Source of the DNA: Vezdaea acicularis
Taxonomy: Eukaryota
Reading direction: 5' to 3'
Length of the DNA: 64,000 nucleotides
NCBI GenBank assembly: GCA_026025075.1
Contig: JAPEUI010000025.1
Coordinates: 62,001-126,000 of the forward strand
The position numbers and the translations under genes are program-made. Below the pieces are notes generated by a model that was not told where the DNA came from, did no database searches, and was given only the letters and a program-made list of their open reading frames with translations. This document shows positions 25,487 through 36,688 of the stretch, one piece after another (positions within the stretch are counted from its first letter, which is position 1; each line of letters begins with the position of its first letter).

Positions 25487-27006
25487 ATGGCTACAAGTCT
25501 TCCGCCAAAGCTGCGCATTCCAGACATCGCTCGTTTTGCACATCGCGCAGCTCAGCTGGAGACCAAAAAGCCGGTGATAGCGTATTGGTGTAAGTTGTTT
25601 CTTCTATAGGAAGTGTGCTTGACTGAGTGAGAGCATAGGTAACTACTGGGTAGTCCAGCAGATAATTTCTAAGGGTCTTCACAACACAGACGAGGAATGT
25701 AAACATTACACTGGGTCCTTGGTGGACAAGCTCGAGCGGGTATGCGAACCAACCCCATATTATGGAATATATCTGACGTTGTAGTTTAGACCAAATCGGA
25801 GAACACTGAGAATGATGCGATTGTGGATGACATCGCTGGGCAGGCATACGTCGAGCAGTTTGGCCTGGAAGTATTCCAACGGGCAGACAATGCTGTACAA
25901 ACTGGCAAAGCCTCCAAGTACGTCCGCACTACCACATATACTGTTGAACAACAGCTTATTGGAGGTCAAGACAAACAATAGATACTTTTCAGGCCGCCGC
26001 GACTTTCCTAGAACTGAATCATATCTGGGGCTCTCTTGAGCCTGATATCTCATCAAAAATCAAATTCGCCAAATATGAGGCAGTCAGAATAGCGAAAGCA
26101 ATCAAAGCTGGAGAGGATCCAAACCTCTCCAATCCGCTTCGAGAAAGCCATTCCGTGCAAGAAGACCCTCCTTTAGACCCTAACGATCCTGAGGTACAGG
26201 CACTAAGTGGGTCTCCAGGGAGACAAGATACGAGAAGGCTCCGTCAAGCTTCGGTGGAGGATGTACCTGACGAAGGCGATCGAACGCAAGCAGCCCTTGC
26301 CGCGAAATCATATCTCAATCAGTCACTTCACCCATCTCGCTCTTCGTCTGTCCCAAGACCACCTGATCTCGCAACATCCCCTGCCCCAACCCCCCCAAAT
26401 GAACACATATATGGAGAACAATTTCACCAAACCGCTGGACCTGGGAGCGATGTTTCTCCTCTTGAGCCATCACCGGAAGCGAAGAATGCATATGGAGGCG
26501 GTGACTATTTCCCACAAGTACAAGACATACCTGGTGCTCATCAAGCTCCATACCAAGACTCGGCCCCACCTTCAGGACTAGATTCTATTGATCACCTCCC
26601 ACGGCCATTGCCAGCGGATATAGGATATTACGTTCCGTCCCCTAGTCATGAGAAGTTCAATACATCACCGCCGTCAGCTACTCCATCAATATCCCGCCAG
26701 AACCCCATAGTCCCTGATCCTCAGGATGTACACTCGTATCGTTCACACCCAACTTCCCATTTTGCACTCCACCAACCGTCTTCTCAGACGTCTTACACGC
26801 AGCCTTCGGCCCCTCAACCCTTTTACACTACGTCACAGCAAGCAATGCCTGCACAGGCTGAAGAAATGAATTACAGTGTTGATGAGGAAGCAATAATGAA
26901 AGCGCAGAAGCATGCGAGATGGGCAATTTCTGCGCTAAATTTCGAAGACGTCAAGACTGCAGTCAAGGAGCTAAAGGGGGCATTAGAGACATTAGGTGCG
27001 CGTTGA
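25487..27006 (+). CDS. VTA1: Vps4 cofactor Vta1 (ESCRT), multi-exon
   Basis: MATSLPPKLRIPDIARFAHRAAQLETKKPVIAYW|CNY (MIT domain) and C-terminal VSL motif KAQKHARWAISALNFEDVKTAVKEL. Confidence 0.93.
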
Positions 27007-27190
27007 TACTAGCCATCGACGCCTTTGAAAAACTTGATACCATATAATATATTATACAGCACCAAGGCAGGGTGCTGGTATTTTCGAGGCGCCTCCAAAT
27101 TCAGTGAATATAGTGCTTGCTCAACTCCGCATCCATGCAAGACATGTCAATCAAGAGCGCCGCTCTTGAAATCTAACCAGGTTCCTTAGA

Positions 27191-27899
27191 TTACCTAAAG
27201 AATCGACTAACCATCCCACCAGCAAGAGTTCGGGCGATTCCACCTGAGTAGAGGGCACTTGAAGCAAGATTCGAGGCCTGGCTGAACTTATCGCATCTCG
27301 AGAAAGCAAGTGTGTTTGTGACGGATAGTACTACCGCAATCACTACAGACTCCGTTAGGGCTATTACAGGTGCCTTATCTCGTATCCAGGATTTCACTCA
27401 CCAACCAAGCTCAACCACATGAACTTCAGACGAACTGCCGCTAGAATGGCCAGTCCCACCCATAGCAATGGCTGCACATACAATGCCAGCCAGAAGAACC
27501 TCTTATCCGTAGGGTTGATTGTTCTGACTGCCGGATCAGAGCTCTCGAATACCCAGTGACTTTGATTATCGGCGTTGGTCGCTGCGTCTGCACTATGCAA
27601 CGGTTGCACCTCGGACCACCATCGCAAGCCAACCAACCGCCGCCCAGCAATGTTTTTAAGATAGTAGAAGTCTGCGCTAAGAAGAAGGATTGTGATGATG
27701 AAAATGAAGATGAAGTTTTCAGTGAAGAGAACGCCGAGGAGGTAGGTCAAGAGGCCGGCTGTAGAAGAAAAGGTAATTAGCGTAAGGTCGAATGAGGTTA
27801 GGAGGAACGCGTACAGATACGGAATCCGAGAAACATTAAGAGAGTAATGGGGTGAGAGCTTAGACGCCAGCTGAGCTCGCCGGGTTGGGCTGAATCCAT
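27191..27899 (-). CDS. TVP23: Golgi membrane protein Tvp23 (DUF846), 3 exons
   Basis: [43 protein letters not shown] and [12 protein letters not shown]. Confidence 0.93.
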
Positions 27900-28202
27900 C
27901 GTTGCATCAAATGGAGAAAGTGGGTAAATTTAGAGAGAGTTGATGATCTGTGATCTTGTGGAAATGCTTCAGTAGCTTCAAGTCGGAGGACGCGAGACTG
28001 CAGATCCCGAGATCTCGGCACTCGTATTCTTTGGATTCCCCGACTTCGTACTCCCAACTATCGACTATGGATTGACAGACGAGAGCCAGCATTTTAAAGC
28101 GCGGCATGGAGTCTTTCATAAAGATCATGAGTATCGATCTGGGGTGCCTTCGCTTTTGCCAAGCTCGCAGGATAGCTTCAGTCGTTTTCTAATAGACCAA
28201 CA

Positions 28203-29305
28203 ATGGCATCAACATATTCCGTCTTGCGTCGTGCTTTGCTCTATGGTATACAATGCAACACTATAATAGGCGAATCGAGTCGCTGATCCTCAGCTAGTCC
28301 CAGCTTCGTCTTCTAAGTTTCTCCAAAAGTCTATTGGCCTTGAAGTCGACTGTGTTGCCTACGATTTAGAAGATAGCGTTTCGGCATCTTCCAAAGCATC
28401 AGCCCGCCGCTTCCTACGTGATTTCTTAGCAAACAACCCTCGGCCGCAAGCAATTAGAGAAATCGGTGTTAGGATAAATAGCGTTGAGAGCGGTCTTGCT
28501 CAAGATGATTTACAGGAAGTGGTAGATACCCTTGTTAAACCCTGCCTTCATTTGCGAGAACTAAAACGACCCCTCATAGCTACAGGCACCCAACCTGGAC
28601 GTTCTTGTGATTCCCAAAGTCCGCTCAGCATCTGACCTGAAGTTCGTCGCCGATTTCATCGGGCACAAGCTTCCTAATCGCCAGAAGCAAGGCGTGATAG
28701 CCTCCGCCTCCACGCCATCCGACAGCCAAGCTCGCCCCCCTCTTCGCATAATTGCTCTGATCGAGTCTGCTCTAGCTCTCCAGAATCTTCCATCTATTTG
28801 TACCTCAACTCCCTATCTCGATGGACTTATTTTTGGCGCAGAAGATTTTGCTTACGATTTGTCCTTGACCCGAACCCCATCTCTCACGGAGTTTCTGTAT
28901 GCTCGAAGCCATATAACAACGACCGCCCGTGCTTTCAACATCCCTAATGTGATTGATTTAGTCTGCACTTCATACAAACCACCTGATGGGGAATCGACAC
29001 TTCGGATCGAATGTGAGGACGGCCGTCAGATGGGTTTCAATGGGAAGCAATGCATCCATCCGCTGCAGGTACCTATCGTCCAGGAAGCTTTTGCTCCTAC
29101 GGAGGTGGAGATTACATGGGCTATACGCGTAAGTACTGCAGATGAGAAAGCAGTAAAGAGCGGTCGAGGCGCGTGGGGACTAAACGGAAAGATGGTTGAC
29201 GCCCCAGTTGTGAAAAAAGCTCGAACAATCTTAGAAAACGCAGAGAAAGCGGGTCGAGACCTGAGTACTTTGAGAAAGAAGTGGGCAGTGCAGGAGCCCG
29301 AATGA
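28203..29305 (+). CDS. Citrate lyase beta-subunit-like / HpcH-HpaI family enzyme (CitE/CLYBL-like), 3 exons
   Basis: [54 protein letters not shown] and GKMVDAPV. Confidence 0.92.
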
Positions 29306-30723
29306 ATACGTTTGAAGGGCTAAAGATATAAGAACCTCAAGTTAAGGCCAAATGCTCAACCCTTTGCCCTCCTTTCCAATCCTTCCCGCCACAAACTGAG
29401 GACGGCAGACGAGTCCGACTTATCGCCCATAATTGTTCTGATCTTGCCATCCGTTTGTACTATTTTCGAAATCCCCTCCGGACCCGCCAAATCTGTTATT
29501 GCATATGGTCTTCTGCTTCTTCGCCCCCGCTCCCATCTATCAGCTTCCTTTCCGCTTCTTCATCTGCTTCAAGCAACCCCTCACGCGCCTTTCCATATCT
29601 ACCTTCGGTGGCCATACGCGCACGCTACGATAGCATTGCTTAAGCATCGACTCGACCTCTCTTCGCCCGCGCGTACTGAACCTCAAAACGACGGGATCTG
29701 AGTCAGACGACGTGCACGGCGCACCCGCATCGACGTATGCAATGGCTTCCGTCCATGGGGGTTTGGCACGCAGGGCCAATTTGCTACTAGGTGATCCTCA
29801 GAGAGGATAGGTGGGCTGGTTGGGCAAGCAACAGATCCCTTAGGGGGCGTCGAGATATGGGCCTTTGGAGACGCAGGGAGGTTCTTGGGCTGCCGCAGTG
29901 ATTGAAAAGGGGGGGGGGACTAGGGAAGGAAAAGAAAGAGCAAAATGTATGTCAGTGCCCGCCTGTGATGGGATCAGGACTGATGAAACCCAATCTGTTC
30001 CCACTGTTATGCCTAGCTAGGCTTCAAGAAGAGCATCAGATAGCTTCCCGCCCTGCCAATATTCTTCGATTCTGGGTTATTGTGCCTGGGATACAAGAAA
30101 CATAGGAAAGTAGCCTTGTAACTGTTGCTAAATTATAAATGACCCCGGGCCAGACTTTCAACTATAGCCCACACCTATGAGGAGCACTAAAGGCGTTGGC
30201 CGTTTCGATGTCTTTGCACGGATATAAAGCGACCAGAAGGCCAGGATATGGCGAGGAGGAGTCACTTCCAATTTCAGAGGCAAGCAGCCATATTGCCGAA
30301 GTGGACGGTCCGTCACAGACAGACCGCAAAGATAGCGGCTATGAATGCCAAATTTGAGGAAGGAAGAGAGCCACTTTAAAGGGAAAAGCTGGGTTGACGA
30401 CATAGAAGATACTGGAGGAGCACCAGACGAAGGTGCAGTACAGTAAAGCTATGTGCCATGTGTATAACTTCTTCAATGGGCCATCAGTACACCAACGACC
30501 TCGCGAGTCGTAACGCAAGACAGAAAGGAACCCCCTTTCCACCAGCGATTAGATTCAAATTTAGGGTAATCCATTAGGCATCTCATTATGATAGCTTTAT
30601 CCTCGTAGATGCATAAATACAAAGCATTAGTCGTGTGGAAGCGAGTCCCATCTTGCCGCATGCGTGAAAACGCTAATTACAATAATATCAGTCAACCCCC
30701 AGCTTTCCCCTTCCCCCTTTCCC

Positions 30724-32073
30724 CTAATACAGCAGCCGCATAGCTACCATTACTACTCCTCCGCATAACGCTGCCAGTGACCCTGATCCTGCTTCCGCAT
30801 TCCTCACTGCTAATCCGGTGAAAGTGCTTACTGGGCTTGCGGTCCCGTTGACCGTAACGATGGGTGGCGCGCTCGGTACGGTGATTGCTGGGGACGAGGC
30901 AACGCCAGGGACGACGGCGGTGGTGCTCAGAGTTGTCGGGGCGGCGCTCGATTTCGGGGCTGTTGTGCTTGAGATTGTCGTTGCGGCTGCTGATGTCGTC
31001 AGAGATGGTGCTGTGGTGGTCGGGCGCGAGGCGGCGGAGACAGGGGTTGTGCTAATGCTGGATGAAACTGTGGGTGAGGGATTAGTACTGGTGCTGACAG
31101 TAGTTGAGATAGTTGGAATTGTTGAACTCGGAGGAGTCGAACTTGGGGAAGTACTAGTGGGAGTACTAGTGGGGGGAAGAGGAGTAGTAGTAGTAAGGGG
31201 AGTAGTACTGATGGGAGTACTGAGCGGAGCACTACTCGACGGAGTAGTGCTAGAAGAAGTAGTAGTTGGGGAAGTCGCACTTGGGGGAGTCGCACTTGGG
31301 GGAGTCGTACTAGGGGGAGTCGCACTTGGGGGAGTCGTACTCGAGGTCGTAGACGGAGTTATCGTACTACTGGGTTGGGTTATGGCCGCAGCTGTAGGGC
31401 CGGAGCTTGTTGAAGCTGTTGTTGTGGGAGGTGGGGCCGCAGTAGGTGCTGATGGTGGGGTCATAACCATTCCAAGGCCAGTTGCTTGGCTTTTGGCTGA
31501 AACTGCGGACAAGCTCGAAGTGGTAGATGACGGCGGAGCTGACGTAGCGAGTGTCTCTGATACAGTCGTACTGCCTGATGTTGGGACGGCTGTAGATGCT
31601 GTAGTTGGTACAGAGGAAGTCGGTTGAGTAACAGTTGAAGGAGGGGCACTACTGGACGCAGTGGTCGAGTCCGTGACCACTGTGGTCGAACCAGTGACCG
31701 TTGTAGAGACTGCTGCTGGAGGGTCACTCGATGGAGGAGGGTCACTCGCTGGCGGAGGGTCACTCGCTGGCGGAGGATTACTCGATGGAGGAGGATCCGC
31801 TGCTGGAACAACCACGGCTGGAGCCGCCAGTGGAGCAATCGCCGCCCCTGCCGCTGTTGTTGTTTGTGTTGTTGTGATGCTTGTCGGACCCGCTGTAACA
31901 GTGACTGAAGCTGCTGATGAAACGACAGTGGCGGAGCTTGCGCTGCCTAAGTTACTTAGTACCAGGGAAAAAAATCCTAGTCCTCTGAATCACTTACTAG
32001 CTTGAGGTTGCGGTAAAGCCAAAGCTCCGAAAGAGAGGCAAAGTCCTCCAATCGCTAATCGTAGCAACATCAT
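30724..32073 (-). CDS. Secreted Ser/Thr/Pro-rich, probably GPI-anchored cell-wall or mucin-like protein, 2 exons
   Basis: Signal peptide MMLLRLAIGGLCLSFGALALPQ, an in-frame gtaagt intron, an S/T/P-rich body, and C-terminal FTGLA...GSLAALCGGVVMVAMRLLY (GPI-signal-like). Confidence 0.85.
31266..31341. repeat. Coding tandem repeat, 15-bp unit (S[AT]TPP), about 5 copies
   Basis: acttgggggagtcgc and variants repeated head to tail. Confidence 0.85.
31715..31800. repeat. Coding tandem repeat, 18-bp unit (SDPPP[AS]), about 5 copies
   Basis: ggagggtcactcgctggc and variants. Confidence 0.85.
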
Positions 32074-32958
32074 GGCGGAAAATTGACCTCTGCGACAGCA
32101 ATCAAGCAATTGGAAGGCTACCAAAATGATTGAAAACGAACGGATAGCAGCCTTTGTTCGCGGGAGGGAGCCGTGCTACTAAGTACCTCTACGACCGGGG
32201 CCGCCGCGGTGTACTTATCTTGTGCGGGAGAGCCAGAGCTGGGAAGCAAGGCCCCACCGACACTGTCGCCATCGCGGGGACCTAGCCCGAGCTGGTATCA
32301 ATCTGCAGGGACAGCGAGGTTAGAGGAAGCTCCCTCCAATACCGTCCGTTATCGAAGCTCCAGCTTCCCCGTCGGCCAGAGGCTTCCTGTGCGGGCAGGA
32401 GGCTCTCGACCCATGTTCTCGACCCTTGGCGCAAGGTCCGCGACCCAAGGATGCTGTCAAAGCCGGAAGAGCGAAGCCCCACCTATGGAGGGGACAATAG
32501 CTCCGTAGTGAAAGCCACTTGGCGTCATCGATACGTCCCTCGGCTGGCGGCGGCCGGGACACGCAAGGATAGAGCCTGGCGGCTATAGCACGACGAGCTG
32601 CGTTCCTCTTCTCCCGCCGATCGCAGCTGAATCAATGAGCGCATGCGGTGTGATTGATGGGAACAAGGCTCAAAGAGTGGTGGTGAAAGAGATCTATGGA
32701 AAAGCATAAGCGGGACAGAGCCAACGTCGTGCGGTGGTTGGTACGACCGAAGACGCTAGGCTCAAACGGACTTAGCACGCGTGTAGCTGCTGCGTGGCTG
32801 AACGCATGGGTCAACCGTGGGCTCGTCCAGACATTCACGGCATTCTAGTCTCTTCACAGCTTACAGCTCGGGGAACGGTTGTGGGGGACGAGGGTGGATG
32901 ACTGTCAGTAGGGCAAGATCAGATTGGCTCCAGATTGGCTCCCAAGCGGGCCAGACCG

Positions 32959-33000
32959 GGGCAATGGGCAAGAATGGGCAAGAATGGGGCAATAATGGGA
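32959..33000. repeat. Short intergenic tandem repeat (about 11-bp gggcaagaat-like unit)
   Basis: gggcaatgggcaagaatgggcaagaatggggcaataatggg. Confidence 0.6.
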
Positions 33001-33788
33001 CAAGCCACCACCGCAATCGTTTCCCGTCTTTGTCTCTTCTACTCCCCCACCTCAACTCTTTTGTCCCGAAGCGAGCCTTTCTGAGCATCGTGGTCGCTGT
33101 TTTCCCCTCACATCGATCAATGGATTCAGTGTCGGCCTGATCTGATAAAGGCGCAGGCGGCGATACCTGAGGGTTCCTAAGGGACTGGCAGGGAACAACC
33201 TTACACAGGCTAAGCTTTACGTGACGATCTCTCGCCGAGAACTCGTGTCTCTCGAGTTTGGATCGGAAGGAAAACGCTGCTGCCCGCATGCCCGCCGACC
33301 CCGCTTATGCCAATCAGCATAAGCCATCCTCTATCTCATGCATGCACGCATGTCCGTTTGTGGCACAAATTGTCAGCGCCAAGTCCGCCCCGAGGGCCGT
33401 CGTGCTGGTCAAAAGCCCGAATTCTTGCTCTATGAGCGCACCGAAGCGCCGGAGACCGTGCGGAGGTGACTTGCAGAAGAAAGAGGGCCGAGTAATTGAT
33501 CTGCTCTGACGACCGATCATCTTCAGCCTTGTAGAGAGGATCGTCGACAGTCGAACTCTTCCATCGCTCCAACCGAGATATTCTGGGGAGGACCCTCACG
33601 AACTCGGCCTCAACTTTTAGAATTTATTATTGAGAACCAGTGCATGTCGACTCGAAGCGCGAGAACACCCCCGTGCGTCGGCCGCAGAAACGGCCTGGGG
33701 GGACGGAGTGGAAGTCATCCTTGGCCTTCCGGAGAGTCCGCTTTCGTCGAAATACCAAACTCTTCCTAGGATCTGATTTATATCCAAC

Positions 33789-36022
33789 ATGTTTTCTACG
33801 TTGTTAAAGACCGCTCTATGGGCTATCGCTTGTAGTCATCCTATTTACGCTTGGGGAGACCTACTCTCTTCCCGAGATGTCATTCCCGCTGCGATTTCTA
33901 TTCCCCCTGCTCAAGAATGGTACTATCTCTCTTTCTAGAATCTATATCCTAGTGTCGCAGCAGGCGCCAAGAGTCTTTAAACATCTCGACCAGTACATGA
34001 TGGTCCCATCGGATCTTTATCTGTATGGAAATCTTGTAGTGCCCTGTGTATCTAGAGTCCGATGCCGCAGGTGGCTCGACGGATACTCTATACGTAGGGC
34101 TGAGGCACTCGCCCTACGAAAGGGTGTCCTCCGCGATGACTGGTCGAGGCGTCTGGAGACTTTGGCTCAGCTTTGCGACCAATTTACAGATGGCTGACTT
34201 TCAGATAGGGATGGCGACGATGGTTCTTGGTCAACCTTCCCAGTACAAGTCGGTACTCCGCCACAGGATCTCCGAGTTCTCCCCTCCACTTATAGTGTCG
34301 AGACATGGGTGATCGTACCTGAAGGCTGCCCACCTAGTTATCTTCCAGACTGCGTAGGAGCTCGGGGGGGTACTTTCTCAATTAACCAGTCGACAACCTG
34401 GAGAGATCACGCCGGTCCTTATTTTAGTCTTCTGGAGGAGAATCTTGGCTACGTTGGAAACGGACACTATGGGTACGACACTATCGCTCTAGGAAGTCGA
34501 GGTGGCAATGGTCCATCGTTTACCCATCAGATCGTAGGAGGTATATTAACGGCAGATTTCTTTGTCGGTGTGTTTGGCCTCAGCCCAAGACCGGATAACT
34601 TTAGTGGCTCTCCCGACGCGCAGCCAAGTTTTGTCCAAAATCTGAGGGCAAACAATTTAATCCCATCCACGTCGTGGGGTTATACGGCGGGAGCTCCTTA
34701 TAGTACGTTCCTGTATTTTAGTCGAAGGTGTCCGATCTAACAATATGCAGGACTAAAGAAAGTCCCTGGGAGCTTGACTCTTGGCGGCTATGATGACTCG
34801 CGATTCACGTCAAACGACTTTTCTTTCACTTTTGATAACAACAACGAGAAAGACCTTACCGTTGGAATTCAAGACATCACAACGGTCGGTACTAAAGGCG
34901 GCCAAAAGTCACTCCTTCCCAGTGGGATTCTCGCGCTGATCGATTCTACTGTCTCCCATATTTGGCTGCCCACACCAGCATGCAAAAGGTTTGAAGATGA
35001 ATTTGGATTGGTGTACGATTCAACCACAGAGCTCTATCTGGTAAACGACACTCTACACGAGTCGCTGTTGAGCAGAAACCCCAATATCACTTTTCAACTA
35101 GGAAACAGCATCAGTGGTCCTTCAATAGAGATAACTCTGCCTTACGCGGCTTTCGACCTTCAGGGTACCTATCCGTTTGTGGCGAATACCACTAATTACT
35201 TCCCACTGCGGCGGGCTGCCAACGATTCACAATATGTTATTGGCCGAACTTTCTTGCAAGAAGCGTAAGTCTAAGTACTAGATCCGTTCTTTGGTGACGC
35301 TTTTATACTTCAATACTTCGGGTGATTATGAAAGACAGGTTGCTAATGTTTGATTCAGCTATCTGATTGTTGATTGGGATCGTCGTAATTTTTCAATCTC
35401 GCAATGTATATTCGACCAGAATGCAAAGCAGCATATCGTCTCCATCCTTGCACCAGGCGAACAAAACTCTACTGCGAGCAATGCTTCGCCACCACTGGCA
35501 AAGAAGTCTTCAAATGCAGGAGCGATTGCTGGAGGAGTAGTCGGCGGACTCGCCGCAATAGCCATTATTGCACTAATCATATTTTGGAGGAGGCGGCGCC
35601 AACGCAACGCCGAAGACAAGGCAGAGAGCCAAGGGGCTGACGGGGAGACAACAACACCTGAGGGAAGTGCAGAGACGGCGTACAATCTCAACAGCACAGA
35701 ACCACACAAGCCTGGAATGGCTTCTGTTAATACGACTGGAACGACTATAAGAGCGGACTCGACTCGATCAAGACCAAAGTCGCAACTGAGCCAAGTACAC
35801 GAATTGGAAGCGGAAGAACGGCAACGACATGAGCTCCCATCCCCTGTGCCGGAGGTCGAAGGTTCACCAGGTGAGCCTTCTATCAGGACCATGTCTCCGA
35901 GAAGCCTATCGCTTGCAAGTGGAAGTATGTCACCCGGGAACATGTCACCGTCACAAATGTCCCCGGGCTCACCCGGTAGTGGATCGCATCCGTTGGACGG
36001 CTACTTTTTCCGAAGAACTTAG
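33789..36022 (+). CDS. Single-pass membrane A1 (pepsin-fold) aspartic-peptidase-like protein, probably catalytically degenerate, 4 exons
   Basis: Signal peptide, then W|DGDDGSWSTFPVQVGTPPQ, GVFGL, SLTLGGYD, LIDST and IGRTFLQEAYLIVDW. TM segment GAIAGGVVGGLAAIAIIALIIFWRRRR is followed by a cytosolic tail. Confidence 0.9.
33954..34179 (+). other. Y-shaped fold-back element inside 289-nt intron 1 (33920-34208)
   Basis: Arms 33954-33998 and 34136-34179 pair, including perfect ctcgaccagt/actggtcgag. They enclose hairpins 34007-34064 and 34081-34129. Confidence 0.75.
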
Positions 36023-36399
36023 ATTTTTACCTAATGTATTTATTGCGACTTGCATGGCGCTGGGTTTTTGATTAGTCATCTATTTTTAGGGCATTGAATG
36101 GTCAGGAAGACCAGGCGTTTGGCGAGGATGCATGCTTGCAACAGATCTCCTTTTTTTCGGCTGATTTAGCCTTCCTTACTGGATATAGCCAGGGTCATAC
36201 GGATTTATACGCCTTTCGACGGCAAGATCAAGAAAGTATCAAAATTTGGGTAGTTTTGGAGGCAGTCTTGATGTTCCAGTCCATCGTTATCAGGTCAACA
36301 GCCAGATGCATTTGTTGGTCTGGCTTGTGTTCTGCTCGTTTGACAAGCACAGAATCCTTCAGTATCAAATATCAAAGTATTCTCGCTAGCTACAAGAAT

Positions 36400-36660
36400 A
36401 AGCTGAGTTTTATCAAGAACAGTAGTTAGGAGCAGGTGAGCATGACAAGGGCGATTGCTTCGGATACATGACGGGCCTAGTCAAGTCTCCAACTTGCTCC
36501 GCATACGCAGAGCTCTACCTCATCTGCGCCCCGATGTTGTATCCTAACGTGCTGCAGCTGAAGTTATATGAGACTGACAAAAGTGACATAGTTATGCAGC
36601 ACGACTGGTTTTCGCCACAGACGCGCCATGACTTGAAGAGACGTATGCGTTGTGGTATCC
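36400..36660 (+). pseudogene. Relic of a cytochrome P450 3' end
   Basis: AYAELYLICAPML...LQLKLYETDKSDIVMQHDWFSPQTRHDLK resembles the post-heme C-terminus of fungal P450s. No intact FxxGxRxC motif or upstream gene body is present. Confidence 0.6.
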
Positions 36661-36688
36661 TGAGGCTATATAGCAAACCCGCCTTTCC

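Noticed and set aside
31080..31270. TpA-rich stretch suggesting RIP
   Set aside because: Explained by ACT/AGT codon repeats. The ORF is intact and CpA/TpG dinucleotides persist.
30818..31627. 269-aa Val/Gly-rich plus-strand ORF
   Set aside because: Antisense shadow of the Ser/Thr/Pro repeats. The signal peptide, intron and GPI signal are all on the minus strand.
33954..34179. SRP RNA, TPP riboswitch or hammerhead identity for the Y-shaped intron element
   Set aside because: Lacks the SRP54-binding CAGG/AGCA loop with GNRA, the TPP CUGAGA...UGAU core and the CUGANGA hammerhead core.
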